Positions 1 through 9,380 of a stretch of 64,000 bases of DNA are shown piece by piece. Where the stretch lies: NCBI GenBank assembly GCA_963720565.1, contig CAVRFW010000003.1, positions 1 to 64,000 of the forward strand. The letters are read 5' to 3'. The translations under genes and the position numbers were made by a program. The DNA comes from Candidatus Bathyarchaeota archaeon (GTDB lineage: Archaea; Thermoproteota; Bathyarchaeia; Bathyarchaeales; Bathycorpusculaceae). Within the stretch, counting starts at the first letter, position 1; every line of letters begins with the position of its first letter. The notes under the pieces were generated by a model. The model did not search any database and had not been told where the DNA came from. It saw nothing but the letters and a program-made list of their open reading frames with translations.

Positions 1-1
1 C

Positions 2-475
2 CAAATCGGTAAACAAGAAAACGAACCGCAAACAAAGACAGAAACCTTCGCACTTGAAGAGGAGACAGAGCAACCTATCGACGGCGATCAGACATCAGCC
101 ACTAAGGGAGCAACCTACTTTTTCAGGATAATGGACAGAAAAGAGTACTCACAAGCCAAAGACGAAGACTTGGAAAGAGAACTGGACCGTTTTACCGAAA
201 ACATCGAACGAGCCATGGTCGACGTAAACTTCCGAAGAGAACCCATATTCCTCTCCGAAAACCAGCTAACAAGTCCCAAATACGTTAAGTACCGGTTTGC
301 CATCGCAAAAATGCCTTCACTCAAGACCTTGAGGAGCCTGTTCATCGGAAGAGCAATCCACCTGTCTACGGAACAGTGGAAGAGCGACGTCACAAGCTTA
401 TTAGCTTTCAACACTAAAAGCTTGGATAGCACGGAAAAATGGAAGAAAAGGAGACACGTAATTGCCAGGATATAA
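2..475 (+). CDS. hypothetical protein, 5'-truncated by the window edge
   Basis: Frame of ORF 131..475 is open back to position 2 (QIGKQENEPQ...TYFFRIMDRKEY); its end overlaps the next gene's start. Confidence 0.7.
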   Translation, partial: QIGKQENEPQTKTETFALEEETEQPIDGDQTSATKGATYFFRIMDRKEYSQAKDEDLERELDRFTENIERAMVDVNFRREPIFLSENQLTSPKYVKYRFAIAKMPSLKTLRSLFIGRAIHLSTEQWKSDVTSLLAFNTKSLDSTEKWKKRRHVIARI

Positions 476-797
476 ACACCCCTGCAAATACTGCGGAAAA
501 CTCGTCTCCGCAGACGACAACGTATGCCCCTTCTGCGGCAAAGTCAACCCAGTCGGACCCCAACGATGCCCCAAATGCCGAAACCCCATCGAAACAGGAC
601 AAGTCAGATGCAGCCACTGCGGTCTATCCCTCCAGATAGACTGTCCACACTGCGGAAAACCCACATTCTTCGGAGACTACTGCCAAAACTGCAATAGAAG
701 ACTAACCATCGTTTGCCAAAAATGCAAAACCGAGCAGGCACCTCTGGGAGAGAAATGCATAAAATGCGGTAAACCTCTAAACATAAAGGGGAAATGA
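462..797 (+). CDS. double zinc-ribbon (DZR) protein
   Basis: 111 aa with eight CxxC pairs (CKYC, CPFC, CPKC, CSHC, CPHC, CQNC, CQKC, CIKC). Confidence 0.85.
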   Translation: MPGYKHPCKYCGKLVSADDNVCPFCGKVNPVGPQRCPKCRNPIETGQVRCSHCGLSLQIDCPHCGKPTFFGDYCQNCNRRLTIVCQKCKTEQAPLGEKCIKCGKPLNIKGK

Positions 798-1465
798 GAA
801 ACATGCCACTTCAACCTTTCACACGAAACTACGAAGACAACAGCACCGACGCCGGCTTCCAATTCACCTTCAATTGCGACATATGCAACGACGGCTACAA
901 AACAAGCTTCATCCAAAGCAAAACCTACAAGAAAAGAGGATTCTGGAGAGGTCTAGGCCAAGTCGCCTCAATAGGATCAGAATTAGCCGGGCGCAGCGGA
1001 GGCTACACCCTCGAAAGAGGAGCAGACGCCATGAGTCAACGCTTCCAAGGGATGACACCGGAATGGCATAAAGAGCACGAACAAGCGTTTGAACTCGCCC
1101 AAAACGAAGCCAAAGGACACTTCCACCGATGCCCAAGATGCCACAAATACGTCTGCGAAAACGACTGGAACGAGCAAGAAGGCCTATGCACAGACGACGC
1201 TCCAAGAGAAAGCACCGAAGTCGCCGCTGCAAGAGCAGAAAAAATGGTAACAGACATCAGACAAAAAGCCGAAAAAACACAGGTATACACGGGAGAGATA
1301 ACGCAGAGACAAACCATCTGCCCTGTGTGCGGCAAACCAGCGGGATCAGGCAAATTCTGCAACAACTGCGGAGCACCCCTCGGCTTGGCGGTGTGTCCCA
1401 AATGCGGAGCCAAAAACCCTGCAGGCACAAGCTTCTGCGGCGAATGCGGCACCAGACTTCAATGA
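794..1465 (+). CDS. zinc-ribbon domain protein with C-terminal double zinc ribbon
   Basis: N-terminal CDIC, central CPRC, C-terminal CPVC/CNNC/CPKC/CGEC; start overlaps upstream stop (ATGA). Confidence 0.85.
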   Translation: MRNMPLQPFTRNYEDNSTDAGFQFTFNCDICNDGYKTSFIQSKTYKKRGFWRGLGQVASIGSELAGRSGGYTLERGADAMSQRFQGMTPEWHKEHEQAFELAQNEAKGHFHRCPRCHKYVCENDWNEQEGLCTDDAPRESTEVAAARAEKMVTDIRQKAEKTQVYTGEITQRQTICPVCGKPAGSGKFCNNCGAPLGLAVCPKCGAKNPAGTSFCGECGTRLQ

Positions 1466-1814
1466 ACAAGATTAGAATGCGCTGTTAGGCGCTTTTCCTC
1501 TTATTTTTCTCCTTATGTTTTAACAGCAGATCAGCATGCGCTAAAAAACCTAAATTTACACGCAAACTAGAAGAGCAAACACAGAAGAAAATGCCCCTTG
1601 TTGCTTGCCGGTGCGGGCTCAAATCTTGAATCGGCATAGCTCCATAAAAAACAAAAATGCGACAAGCAATAGAATATTCGTCTATAGCAATGTTCCAGCA
1701 TAGTTCTTAACCAAACAACCGAAAGTAAGTGCAGGTGCTACCATATCAAAACGTTTTCCAGGCACACCTCAACAGCACGGGTCAAGGCACTGGTCCAAAA
1801 CGGAGTAGAATGAA

Positions 1815-3281
1815 ATGAAAACAAAGAAATTCACTATTCTTCACTCAAACGACATGCACGGCGACTTCCTAGCCGAAGTCCAAACAGGAGGCGGGAAGTT
1901 AACAGGAGGACTAGCGCTCCTCTCAGGCTACATAAACAAGGTTCGAAACAAAGAAGAAAACGTGCTATACCTGATCTCCGGCGACATGGTGCAGGGCTCA
2001 CTGATCGATTCTGAGTACAAGGGCATCTCAACCATGGAGATAATGAACTACCTATCCCCTGACGTGGTCTCATTAGGCAACCATGAATTCGACTACGGCT
2101 TGCCACATCTATTGTTCCTTGAAAAAATGGCTAACTTCCCAATCGTCAACGCCAACTTGTACGTAAAAAAATACAACAAACGACTGATGCGACCCTACCT
2201 GACACTAAACAAAGCAGGCTTCACCATTCTCTTCATAGGCATCATCACAGAAAAAGTCATGGACTCCATAAAACGAGACGAACTCATAAGCAGCTTCGTA
2301 ACTCTTGAAGAAGCCAGCAACGAAGTCGGAAAAATCTGCAACGCATACAAAAATGACGATATCGACCTGACAATTCTGCTCACCCACATCGGCTTCGACT
2401 CAGACATCGAACTAGCGAAACTCTTGAAACCCGAATGGGGAGTCGACATGATCATCGGGGGACACTCACACACGGTACTAGACAAGCCCGCAGTCGAAAA
2501 CAACGTATTAATCGTCCAAGCAGGCGTAGGAACCGACCAAATCGGCCAATTCGAAATCACCGTGGACGACGACACAAACAGCATCACGGAATACAAATGG
2601 CAACTCATACCAATAGACGAGAACCTAGCCGAACCAGACCTCCAACTCAGCCAATACATAGCCTCATTTCAAGAAACAGTAGACCGAAAATACAACACCA
2701 TAATCTCAAAACTCTCCAAAAAACATACCCATCCGAAACGGGAGATCGAAACCTCCCTTGGAAACCTAATCGCGGACTCATTGGCAGAACTAGCAGAATG
2801 CGACGTCATGATGATTGGAAGCGGCTCCATCCGCACCCAAGAAATGGGACCAATAGTCACCCTGAAAGATTTGTCAAGCTGCTTTCCATACGACGATGCG
2901 CTCACAAGATTTGCCATAAACGGAGAAAAACTGAACAGAATATTCGCACACGTAATGCACCCGACCAACCGCAACGGAGAAGGTGAATGCTACCAAGTAA
3001 ACAGCAGGGTCCGAGCGACCTACGACAACGCGAGCAGACAATTGACATCCCTAAGGATTGACAACCAAGAAGTGTCAAACTCTGAATTGTACAACATATG
3101 CCTGCAAGGTTACCACTTCAAGAATTCGGAAGCAAACCTGAACTTGACAAACACTGACCTGTTGGAGTCTGGAAGATCCAAAGTGGTCTCCACATCGATA
3201 CAGCACATGCTGGAAGAGTACCTTCGCAACCACCAAAACATAAGCCGCGAAGTTGAAGGAAGACTCACCTACATTGGATAG
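1815..3281 (+). CDS. bifunctional metallophosphatase / 5'-nucleotidase
   Basis: Calcineurin-like motifs HSNDMHG, GD, GNHEFD, LTH, GGHSH plus C-terminal 5'-nucleotidase domain (ETSLGNLIADS, GSIR). Confidence 0.9.
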   Translation: MKTKKFTILHSNDMHGDFLAEVQTGGGKLTGGLALLSGYINKVRNKEENVLYLISGDMVQGSLIDSEYKGISTMEIMNYLSPDVVSLGNHEFDYGLPHLLFLEKMANFPIVNANLYVKKYNKRLMRPYLTLNKAGFTILFIGIITEKVMDSIKRDELISSFVTLEEASNEVGKICNAYKNDDIDLTILLTHIGFDSDIELAKLLKPEWGVDMIIGGHSHTVLDKPAVENNVLIVQAGVGTDQIGQFEITVDDDTNSITEYKWQLIPIDENLAEPDLQLSQYIASFQETVDRKYNTIISKLSKKHTHPKREIETSLGNLIADSLAELAECDVMMIGSGSIRTQEMGPIVTLKDLSSCFPYDDALTRFAINGEKLNRIFAHVMHPTNRNGEGECYQVNSRVRATYDNASRQLTSLRIDNQEVSNSELYNICLQGYHFKNSEANLNLTNTDLLESGRSKVVSTSIQHMLEEYLRNHQNISREVEGRLTYIG

Positions 3282-3370
3282 GAGGCACAGCGCGCTAACC
3301 GCAGTCACATTGTTTGTACAGAAGACATAGCGTAGTCTAGTAGCGGAAGGCAACTTCAGCATTGCAAAAC

Positions 3371-3778
3371 CTATGCGGGTGCGCCTACCCAGATTGTCTC
3401 GGGCAAGTTCTTGAAGTGTTCATCGCCAGTGACGATTTTCGACCCTAATGACCTGCCTGTTCCCAGCACTATGGCGTCAAACAGGCTTGGAGTGTTCAGC
3501 CTTGACTTCTTTGCGGTGGCTGTCAGCTCCGAATAGCATTTTGCAGCCTCCAAGGAAGCTCCGACATCCAAATGGGCGATGTTGGATGCTGAGGCAACAG
3601 CCTGCAACCTTGCTTCAACTGTCTTTTCGTCAGCTCCCTCTCGGATATACTTGCGGGCAATCTCCGCTAGGACAGTTCCGGGCGTATAGATTTCGTCAGC
3701 GTTTTCTAAGAGCTCCTTGACTCTGCGCCCTTTTTCGCTGCCTATGAAAAACTCTATCCAGGCGTAGGCGTCAATCAC
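3371..3778 (-). CDS. vapC: VapC PIN-domain toxin
   Basis: VIDAYAWIE...VLAE...SLFDAIV...VTGDEHF; likely GTG start at 3778 overlapping antitoxin stop. Confidence 0.88.
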   Translation of the reverse strand: MIDAYAWIEFFIGSEKGRRVKELLENADEIYTPGTVLAEIARKYIREGADEKTVEARLQAVASASNIAHLDVGASLEAAKCYSELTATAKKSRLNTPSLFDAIVLGTGRSLGSKIVTGDEHFKNLPETIWVGAPA

Positions 3779-3980
3779 GATCTTCGCCGCGGTCTCCCTC
3801 CGAGAACGGTTTGATTTTTCCATGGTCGAGACTGAACGCTTTTTCTATGACTGACTTTCGTTGCTTTTTGACGAGAGACTGTATTGTCTCGTCTAAGCTT
3901 CCAGCGTTAAGCTTGGCTCGCAGACGTTCAAGCGCTTCGGCGGTTTTCTTTGAAACCCTGATGGTTGTTGTTTCACTCAA
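3771..3980 (-). CDS. VapB-type antitoxin (RHH-like)
   Basis: 69 aa, TTIRVSKKT beta-strand start, directly upstream of and overlapping the PIN gene. Confidence 0.8.
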   Translation of the reverse strand: MSETTTIRVSKKTAEALERLRAKLNAGSLDETIQSLVKKQRKSVIEKAFSLDHGKIKPFSEGDRGEDRD

Positions 3981-4256
3981 GCTGGTTTACCAACAGAATA
4001 TATTAGTATACAAGTTAATAAGCATGCATGTATACAAGAGAATTGGTCAGCTGTTGGCCCCACTGCTGTGACGGTGTTTGTGCAAAAGATATGAGATAGC
4101 ATAGCAAAGAAGACATGAGAAAGTTTGAGCGCGACATGGAAGGAAGCATAGCGCGCTTTTGGCAACCATAAGACTCGTGCCCGCGTGCACTAAGTGCAAT
4201 CGTTTTGCTTCCCGCGCGCGCCAGGAATGCGAAAACTAGAAATGTTTAAAGGTTTT

Positions 4257-4274
4257 GTAAACAGTATTGTTTAC
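4257..4274. promoter_or_regulatory. palindromic operator upstream of RHH-RelE pair
   Basis: GTAAACA-GTAT-TGTTTAC between a TTTAAA TATA-like box and a GGTGA RBS. Confidence 0.55.
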
Positions 4275-4284
4275 GGTGAACTGC

Positions 4285-4506
4285 TTGGCCCAGGTTCAAC
4301 TCCGACTACCACAAAAAACCCTAGAAGAAATAGACAAATGGGTAGCTGAAGGCCGCTTCAAAAACCGAAGCGACGCCATAAAATCAATCATCACGTACTA
4401 CGAAGAACGCGAAAAAACAATCAACTTCTTCAACATGCTCATGAAACGAAGCGAAGAAGCAAAAAAACACCCCGAAAACCTCGTCAGAATAGAGGATATA
4501 GAGTGA
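4285..4506 (+). CDS. ribbon-helix-helix (CopG-like) antitoxin
   Basis: VQLRLPQKTLEEIDKWVAEGRFKNRSDAIK RHH pattern; TTG start after GGTGA. Confidence 0.82.
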   Translation: MAQVQLRLPQKTLEEIDKWVAEGRFKNRSDAIKSIITYYEEREKTINFFNMLMKRSEEAKKHPENLVRIEDIE

Positions 4507-4773
4507 CATTCACCGTTCTGCTGCATCCCAAAGCAGCAAAAGAGCTAAACAAAACAGAAAAAAACGTTCAAGACAGAATAATCGAACGCGCAAAACAGCT
4601 CCGCGAAAACCCAGACAAAATCGGAAAACCCCTTCAGCCAATCAAACTTCTGGAGCACCCGAATAGGCGACTATCGAGTAATCTACCAAATAAACCCTGA
4701 AGAAAATCAAGTAATCATTCTTTTCATCGGACACAGAAGCAAAGTGTACGACGACTTTTCCAAGATGCTCTGA
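4503..4773 (+). CDS. relE: RelE/ParE-family toxin, frameshift near 4640
   Basis: FTVLLHPKAAKEL...GKPLQP then alternate frame NFWSTRIGDYRVIYQI...ILFIGHRSKVYD*. Confidence 0.82.
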
Positions 4774-4826
4774 CCCAGATTAAGGCAGCACGCGCAAAAC
4801 CGTGAGAACGCAAGATTTCAATACTT

Positions 4827-5045
4827 TTAGCTGCGATAGTGGCCGAAGCTGCCATGGAGAATTTCCTCAGGTATTTTTACAGCGATGTTGGTTAATGAGA
4901 GAGACATCAGATCTTCCATAGATGGCTTTTGAGTGTCTGGGTCATTGAGGTACTCGCTTACGAGGTCTGCCAGTTTTCCTTGGCTTCTTTTTCTGTTTTT
5001 CCTTGGGTAGCAATATCCAAGAGGGGACAGGAAGCGACGAACCAC
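4827..5045 (-). CDS. short hypothetical protein or gene remnant
   Basis: 72-aa ORF in intergenic space, no recognisable motif. Confidence 0.25.
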   Translation of the reverse strand: MVRRFLSPLGYCYPRKNRKRSQGKLADLVSEYLNDPDTQKPSMEDLMSLSLTNIAVKIPEEILHGSFGHYRS

Positions 5046-5115
5046 TTGTTTTCTTTACCGATGACAATGGGAAGAGGCACTTGCACGTCTAAAAGAAAGA
5101 AGAGCGATTATCAAC

Positions 5116-6393
5116 TCATAAGGATTCTACTTTTAAAGGAGCGCGCTGCCTACAATCGCCCAGCTTCCCGATTTCCTCAGCCAGCAACGGCAGCAACGTG
5201 CCTATATCCGAGACCACGCCTACCGCCTGGGTCGAGCCCCTATCCAGCAGCTTCGTCACAGAAGCAGGATTAATATCAACACAGACAAGCTTGACGGTTG
5301 AAGGCAGCATGTTTCCCACGGCTATCGCATGCAAAGTCGAAGCCAACATCAAAACCATCGTTACACCCTTCAGATGCTTCTTGTACTCCTGCTGCGCCAC
5401 CACAACATCCGTAATAACGTCTGGTAATGGGCCATCATCCCGGATAGAACCAGCCAAAACAAACGGGACACCCTTCTTGACGCACTCAAAGATTATGCCG
5501 CTCTTGAGCACACCCTTCTCCACCGCCGCGCTTAGGCCGCCGGCCTTGTAGACCTCGTTTATCGCCACGATATGGTTGCGGCACCCCCTAACATCAGCCA
5601 CACCCTCATCAAGCCTAATTCCCAGAGACGTCTTCAACACATCCGCTTCCACATCGTGAACCGCCAAAGCGTTACCCGACAACAACACATCCACGTAACC
5701 TTCCCGAACAAGATAGGCAAGAGAACCAGCCGCGCCCGTATGCACAACCGCCGGCCCAGCCACAACAGCCACTTTCCCGCCGGCCCGCTTCACATTATGA
5801 AGGTCAACGGCTATCTGCCTAATCACGGCAGGCGCAGGCTTCTCACTCGAAGAACCGCTGCTCATGAACTTGAAGATGCCCGTGCTCTCCCTGCTCCTCT
5901 CAGGAGGCCTAACAACCACACCCGACTCACCCACAACAATCAAGTCGCCCTTCCTGACCTCCCGGATCGGCCTGCAAAAAGCCCTCCTCCCAACAGGGTC
6001 GACGACTATGACCTTATCCATCATGGTGCCCTCAACATCCAACCACTCGCCCCCAAAGAAAACCCGCGTCGGACTATTCGTCGTAGAATAAAAATTATCA
6101 GGAAAAACCATATCAGCCGGAGCAGCCACCAAAACAGCCTCGGCAGCCTCAATCGACACCGCCCCAAGCGCATGTATCTCCTCCAAAATATCCCCCAAAT
6201 TCTCAACGCTGCTTCCCCTAACAAGCATCCTAACAAAACTCGTGTCAGACTTGTGCTTCCCAAGCCTAACCTCCAACGTCTCAAAATCACCGCCCAACTC
6301 AATAATCCTATCATAAATCCTCGTAAGAATCAACGAGTCAATCAGGTGACCCTCAACCTTAACCTCCCCCTCAAACAAACCCTTCTCAGCCAT
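5116..6393 (-). CDS. TIGR00300-family ornithine cyclodeaminase (ArgZ C-terminal / LOR-SDH-like)
   Basis: EGHLIDSLIL, FYSTTN, SSEKP, GPAVVHTG, GNALAVHDVE, LAGSIRDDGPLPDV, LHAIAVGNM, VTKLLDRGS motifs. Confidence 0.88.
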   Translation of the reverse strand: MAEKGLFEGEVKVEGHLIDSLILTRIYDRIIELGGDFETLEVRLGKHKSDTSFVRMLVRGSSVENLGDILEEIHALGAVSIEAAEAVLVAAPADMVFPDNFYSTTNSPTRVFFGGEWLDVEGTMMDKVIVVDPVGRRAFCRPIREVRKGDLIVVGESGVVVRPPERSRESTGIFKFMSSGSSSEKPAPAVIRQIAVDLHNVKRAGGKVAVVAGPAVVHTGAAGSLAYLVREGYVDVLLSGNALAVHDVEADVLKTSLGIRLDEGVADVRGCRNHIVAINEVYKAGGLSAAVEKGVLKSGIIFECVKKGVPFVLAGSIRDDGPLPDVITDVVVAQQEYKKHLKGVTMVLMLASTLHAIAVGNMLPSTVKLVCVDINPASVTKLLDRGSTQAVGVVSDIGTLLPLLAEEIGKLGDCRQRAPLKVESL

Positions 6394-6423
6394 AGCCCGC
6401 CACGCTCCTGTCCAGGTCTAGTC

Positions 6424-7419
6424 CTATATCCTAACGTATTTAAAACAAGCGCGCACGGCGCACATTTCATAAGCACCCTCCAGCAGGAACATGCGAAACC
6501 GTCGTACCCTTCGATCTATCAACCTTGGAAGAACTAAACCCTTTTCGCGAAACTCGCCACAAACGATTGCCTCTTTATGCGCTCTTGAGTCCTTGACTAT
6601 CCTAAGAAGGTCGCTATCCAGGTTACTGAGAAATGAGTATCCTGCAATTACTTTTCTAACGACTGTTGCCTCCGAAGGTAAGCCTTTTCTTCTCACTAGT
6701 CTTTGAAGGTCTTCCCAGTCGTATTCGCCTCTAGAAATCTTCTCAAGCAATACATCCGGATCGAAAGGCTCACGCACATTCCAGCACTTGAGTACAACTA
6801 GCTTCTTGGTTCTGACTTTGTCAAAGGTTTTTCCTGAAAACAAGTAGAGGTCATACAAGTCTCGGCCTCGAATTCTCTGAAAAGCAGCCCTCAATTTCTC
6901 TGCTAACAATTCTTCCCTCTGCAAACATCTTACGGAAAAGCTTGGGAACTCCAAATACTTGAAATACATCTCGTTTAGCAGATTAGTTTCAAGCGGCTCC
7001 AGAATGGGGTTCTCCCTGTAACTGACTTCTACCGTGAACTCTGAAGAATTCCATCCGTGAGCGTAACTGACTCTGGCTAGGTAAGACTGCTCCTTCGCTC
7101 CAACGCCCTTGCTCACGTTTTCCTCCAAGATCTTGAATCTTATGCCATAATGCTGCCTATCTTCAAACAAGTTGCCAAGAGTCTCCCGGAGCTCAGCCAC
7201 TGGAAAACCAGCACTAGTAAAATCCAAATCCATTGAGAATCTACCGCTTCCTCCAAAGAACACCTTTTTCAAGCAAGTTCCTCCTTTGAAAACTAAACTC
7301 TCAAATGCGTCTTTAGAAAGAATCTTCAAGACATAAGTGAGCACGACATCTCTCTCAGCCACATCCAAAGGCACCCCTGAAGACCTAGCATAGAACTCAA
7401 CAAACTTTCTCTCTAACAG
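6424..7419 (-). CDS. abiEii: AbiEii-family nucleotidyltransferase (type IV TA toxin)
   Basis: FKGGTCLKK, RFSMDLDF, AEKLRA, RDLYDLY; frame open upstream to about 7419 (start uncertain). Confidence 0.88.
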   Translation of the reverse strand: MLERKFVEFYARSSGVPLDVAERDVVLTYVLKILSKDAFESLVFKGGTCLKKVFFGGSGRFSMDLDFTSAGFPVAELRETLGNLFEDRQHYGIRFKILEENVSKGVGAKEQSYLARVSYAHGWNSSEFTVEVSYRENPILEPLETNLLNEMYFKYLEFPSFSVRCLQREELLAEKLRAAFQRIRGRDLYDLYLFSGKTFDKVRTKKLVVLKCWNVREPFDPDVLLEKISRGEYDWEDLQRLVRRKGLPSEATVVRKVIAGYSFLSNLDSDLLRIVKDSRAHKEAIVCGEFREKGLVLPRLIDRRVRRFRMFLLEGAYEMCAVRACFKYVRI

Positions 7420-7425
7420 ACAGCG

Positions 7426-8665
7426 TCACCCCACCTCAATTTCACTTAACAAATGCTCTTCCGAAACGTTGTTTATTAACTTCCAATCCCCATAAAACGT
7501 CCCCTTTCTGGGTCTGCGCCTGTCAAGATAAACCGTTGCGTTTCCCACATGGCTTTTCAGCAACATCTTAAGATGCGAAGACAACGGCTCCAAGAGATTC
7601 TCTTTCTCCAGAAAACAAACAACAAACCCCTAGACGCTGGACCAAAGAATGCGATTTCATTCTCAACGCATAATCCACCAGCCGCTCACGGTTCACCTGA
7701 GGAAACCCCCTCCAAACAATCCTAGCAAGCTGCTCTATCCCCCCCGCATAACGCGGCTTATCAAACGAATCCACAATAGATTTTTCAGGTTCAGCCATGC
7801 AAACCTCTGCATCAAAAACCCTTACGGTTCGATAACCAAAAAACTTCCTGCTTGAAAGCGTAACAAACTTGAAATTGGCATTCTGCCACTCAACACCCGC
7901 CTTCTTCTTAGTCGTAGCAACAAAATAGGTGAACGGCATCTGAGTGGTAAAGCCAAAATGACTATTCGAAGTATAATAACTGAAGTAATACGGGTCTACA
8001 AAGGCACCGCCCACGGCGAACGCGTTGGCAGGAGGAACCCTGTTTGGATAAAGACCATAAGCAGAAGGAACAAACTGGTAAACGCCCGCCTCAATCCTTT
8101 CAAGCCACCGTTTCTTCTCCAAATTATGAAGTAAAACATATGCATAATCAAGGCCGCGATCTAAGACGCCTTGAACATCAGCGACTCGAACAATCGTCTT
8201 CTTTTCAGATTCCCATCTAGCCACAAGTCTTGCCTCATCAGGAGACAACCTGCGAAGCTGCATTTGCCTCTGACTCTCGCCGATGCCTCTCAGTCTTTTT
8301 TGAGTTATTCCCAACTCGTCAAAAGTGACAAGCCTAACATGAAACCGCCCCAACTCCTTTCTCAACGGCAACGCCACATCCGAACCGACTATTACCAGCT
8401 CAAACTTCTCTGGAGAGGGAACAATATTGGAAATAGATGAGTGGAGATTAAGAATTCTGCCCAGCATCGACCGATCTATCCTACGCGACACTACGTCAAC
8501 GAAAACGTCCTTGCCATCATCAGCCTTAAAGTGGAAGTCAATCTCAATGCGGCCTGGAAGCTTCTCGTTTGCGGCAACAAGAGTATATCCCTTAAAGACA
8601 CGCACCAACTCTCTGGAAACATACGCTTCTAGGCTGCTCTTCACATCTGTCATCTTCCTGCGCAA
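7426..8665 (-). CDS. abiEi: AbiEi-family antitoxin with extra N-terminal domain, frameshift near 7627
   Basis: wHTH (LHNLEKKRWLERIEAGVY), YFSYYT..HFGFTTQMP, EPEKSIVD, QRLG; alternate frame continues ...GDWKLINNVSEEHLLSEIEVG*. Confidence 0.82.
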
Positions 8666-8706
8666 TAATTACTGTAACGCAACACCATTATATTTTTTTC
8701 GTATTT

Positions 8707-8736
8707 TCTTAGTGAATACTAAATTTTACACTAAGA
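8707..8736. promoter_or_regulatory. inverted repeat, putative AbiEi operator
   Basis: TCTTAGTG-N14-CACTAAGA about 40-70 bp upstream of abiEi; AbiE operons are known to autoregulate via inverted repeats. Confidence 0.5.
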
Positions 8737-9295
8737 TTACAAGAAATAAAACAAACCACGCATGATTGCCTGCAGCTGTTGTGTGAAGTTCTGGTTTCAG
8801 CAGGATCATACATCATGATGCGCAACCTTCTCTATGAGCTTCTCTGCTGCTTCAATAGCGCGCGCCATGTTGCCTCGACTGTTACCGATACATCGGTAAT
8901 TAACAGTATTTAAATAGCTTACCTATATACCAAACCAGCCGCCGCCAACAAAACCCAGACAAGCCAGTAGCAAAGAGGCAGACACAAAGCTGTGAACGCC
9001 AAAAACGCCACATAAACCCCGAGGAAAACAACAGTTTCGCCCCAGCCTTTCTTACAGGCTGAGCGTAACTGCCCAACTCTTCTCCATCCATCAAAACTTA
9101 AACATCCTCACAGATGACACACTTGTTTTGCAGCTCCTTTAGGAACTGGAGTTCTCTTTGTCTGCAGCAAAATAGTTGAAGCATGATTATGATACTCACG
9201 ATTCAACTATTCAAGATTAAACCCTCATGCACTCCGACAAGTTCGCCCTTAACAAGCACGCAAAAAAAGCTGATGCAATCCCGCCTCATCAATAA

Positions 9296-9358
9296 CCGAT
9301 ATGTAATAATATCGGATAAGCGCAATTTGTTATCTATCCGATACTATTTTAGTATCGG
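9296..9358. promoter_or_regulatory. twin palindromic operators upstream of fic
   Basis: CCGATA-N8-TATCGG (9296-9315) and CCGATA-N9-TATCGG (9338-9358). Confidence 0.65.
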
Positions 9359-9380
9359 TAAATAATGTAAATTTGAACAC

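Noticed and set aside
1484..1490. GTTAGGC as an integron attC core site, i.e. the TA field as an integron array
   Set aside because: No matching RYYYAAC or hairpin nearby, modules lie in both orientations, and there is no intI
5572..6537. 321-aa + strand ORF, and similar long shadow ORFs such as 27041..28081, 11153..11860 and 37263..37898
   Set aside because: They overlap well-supported genes in another frame or strand; His/Pro/Arg-rich translations arise because T-poor, A/C-skewed DNA has few stop codons
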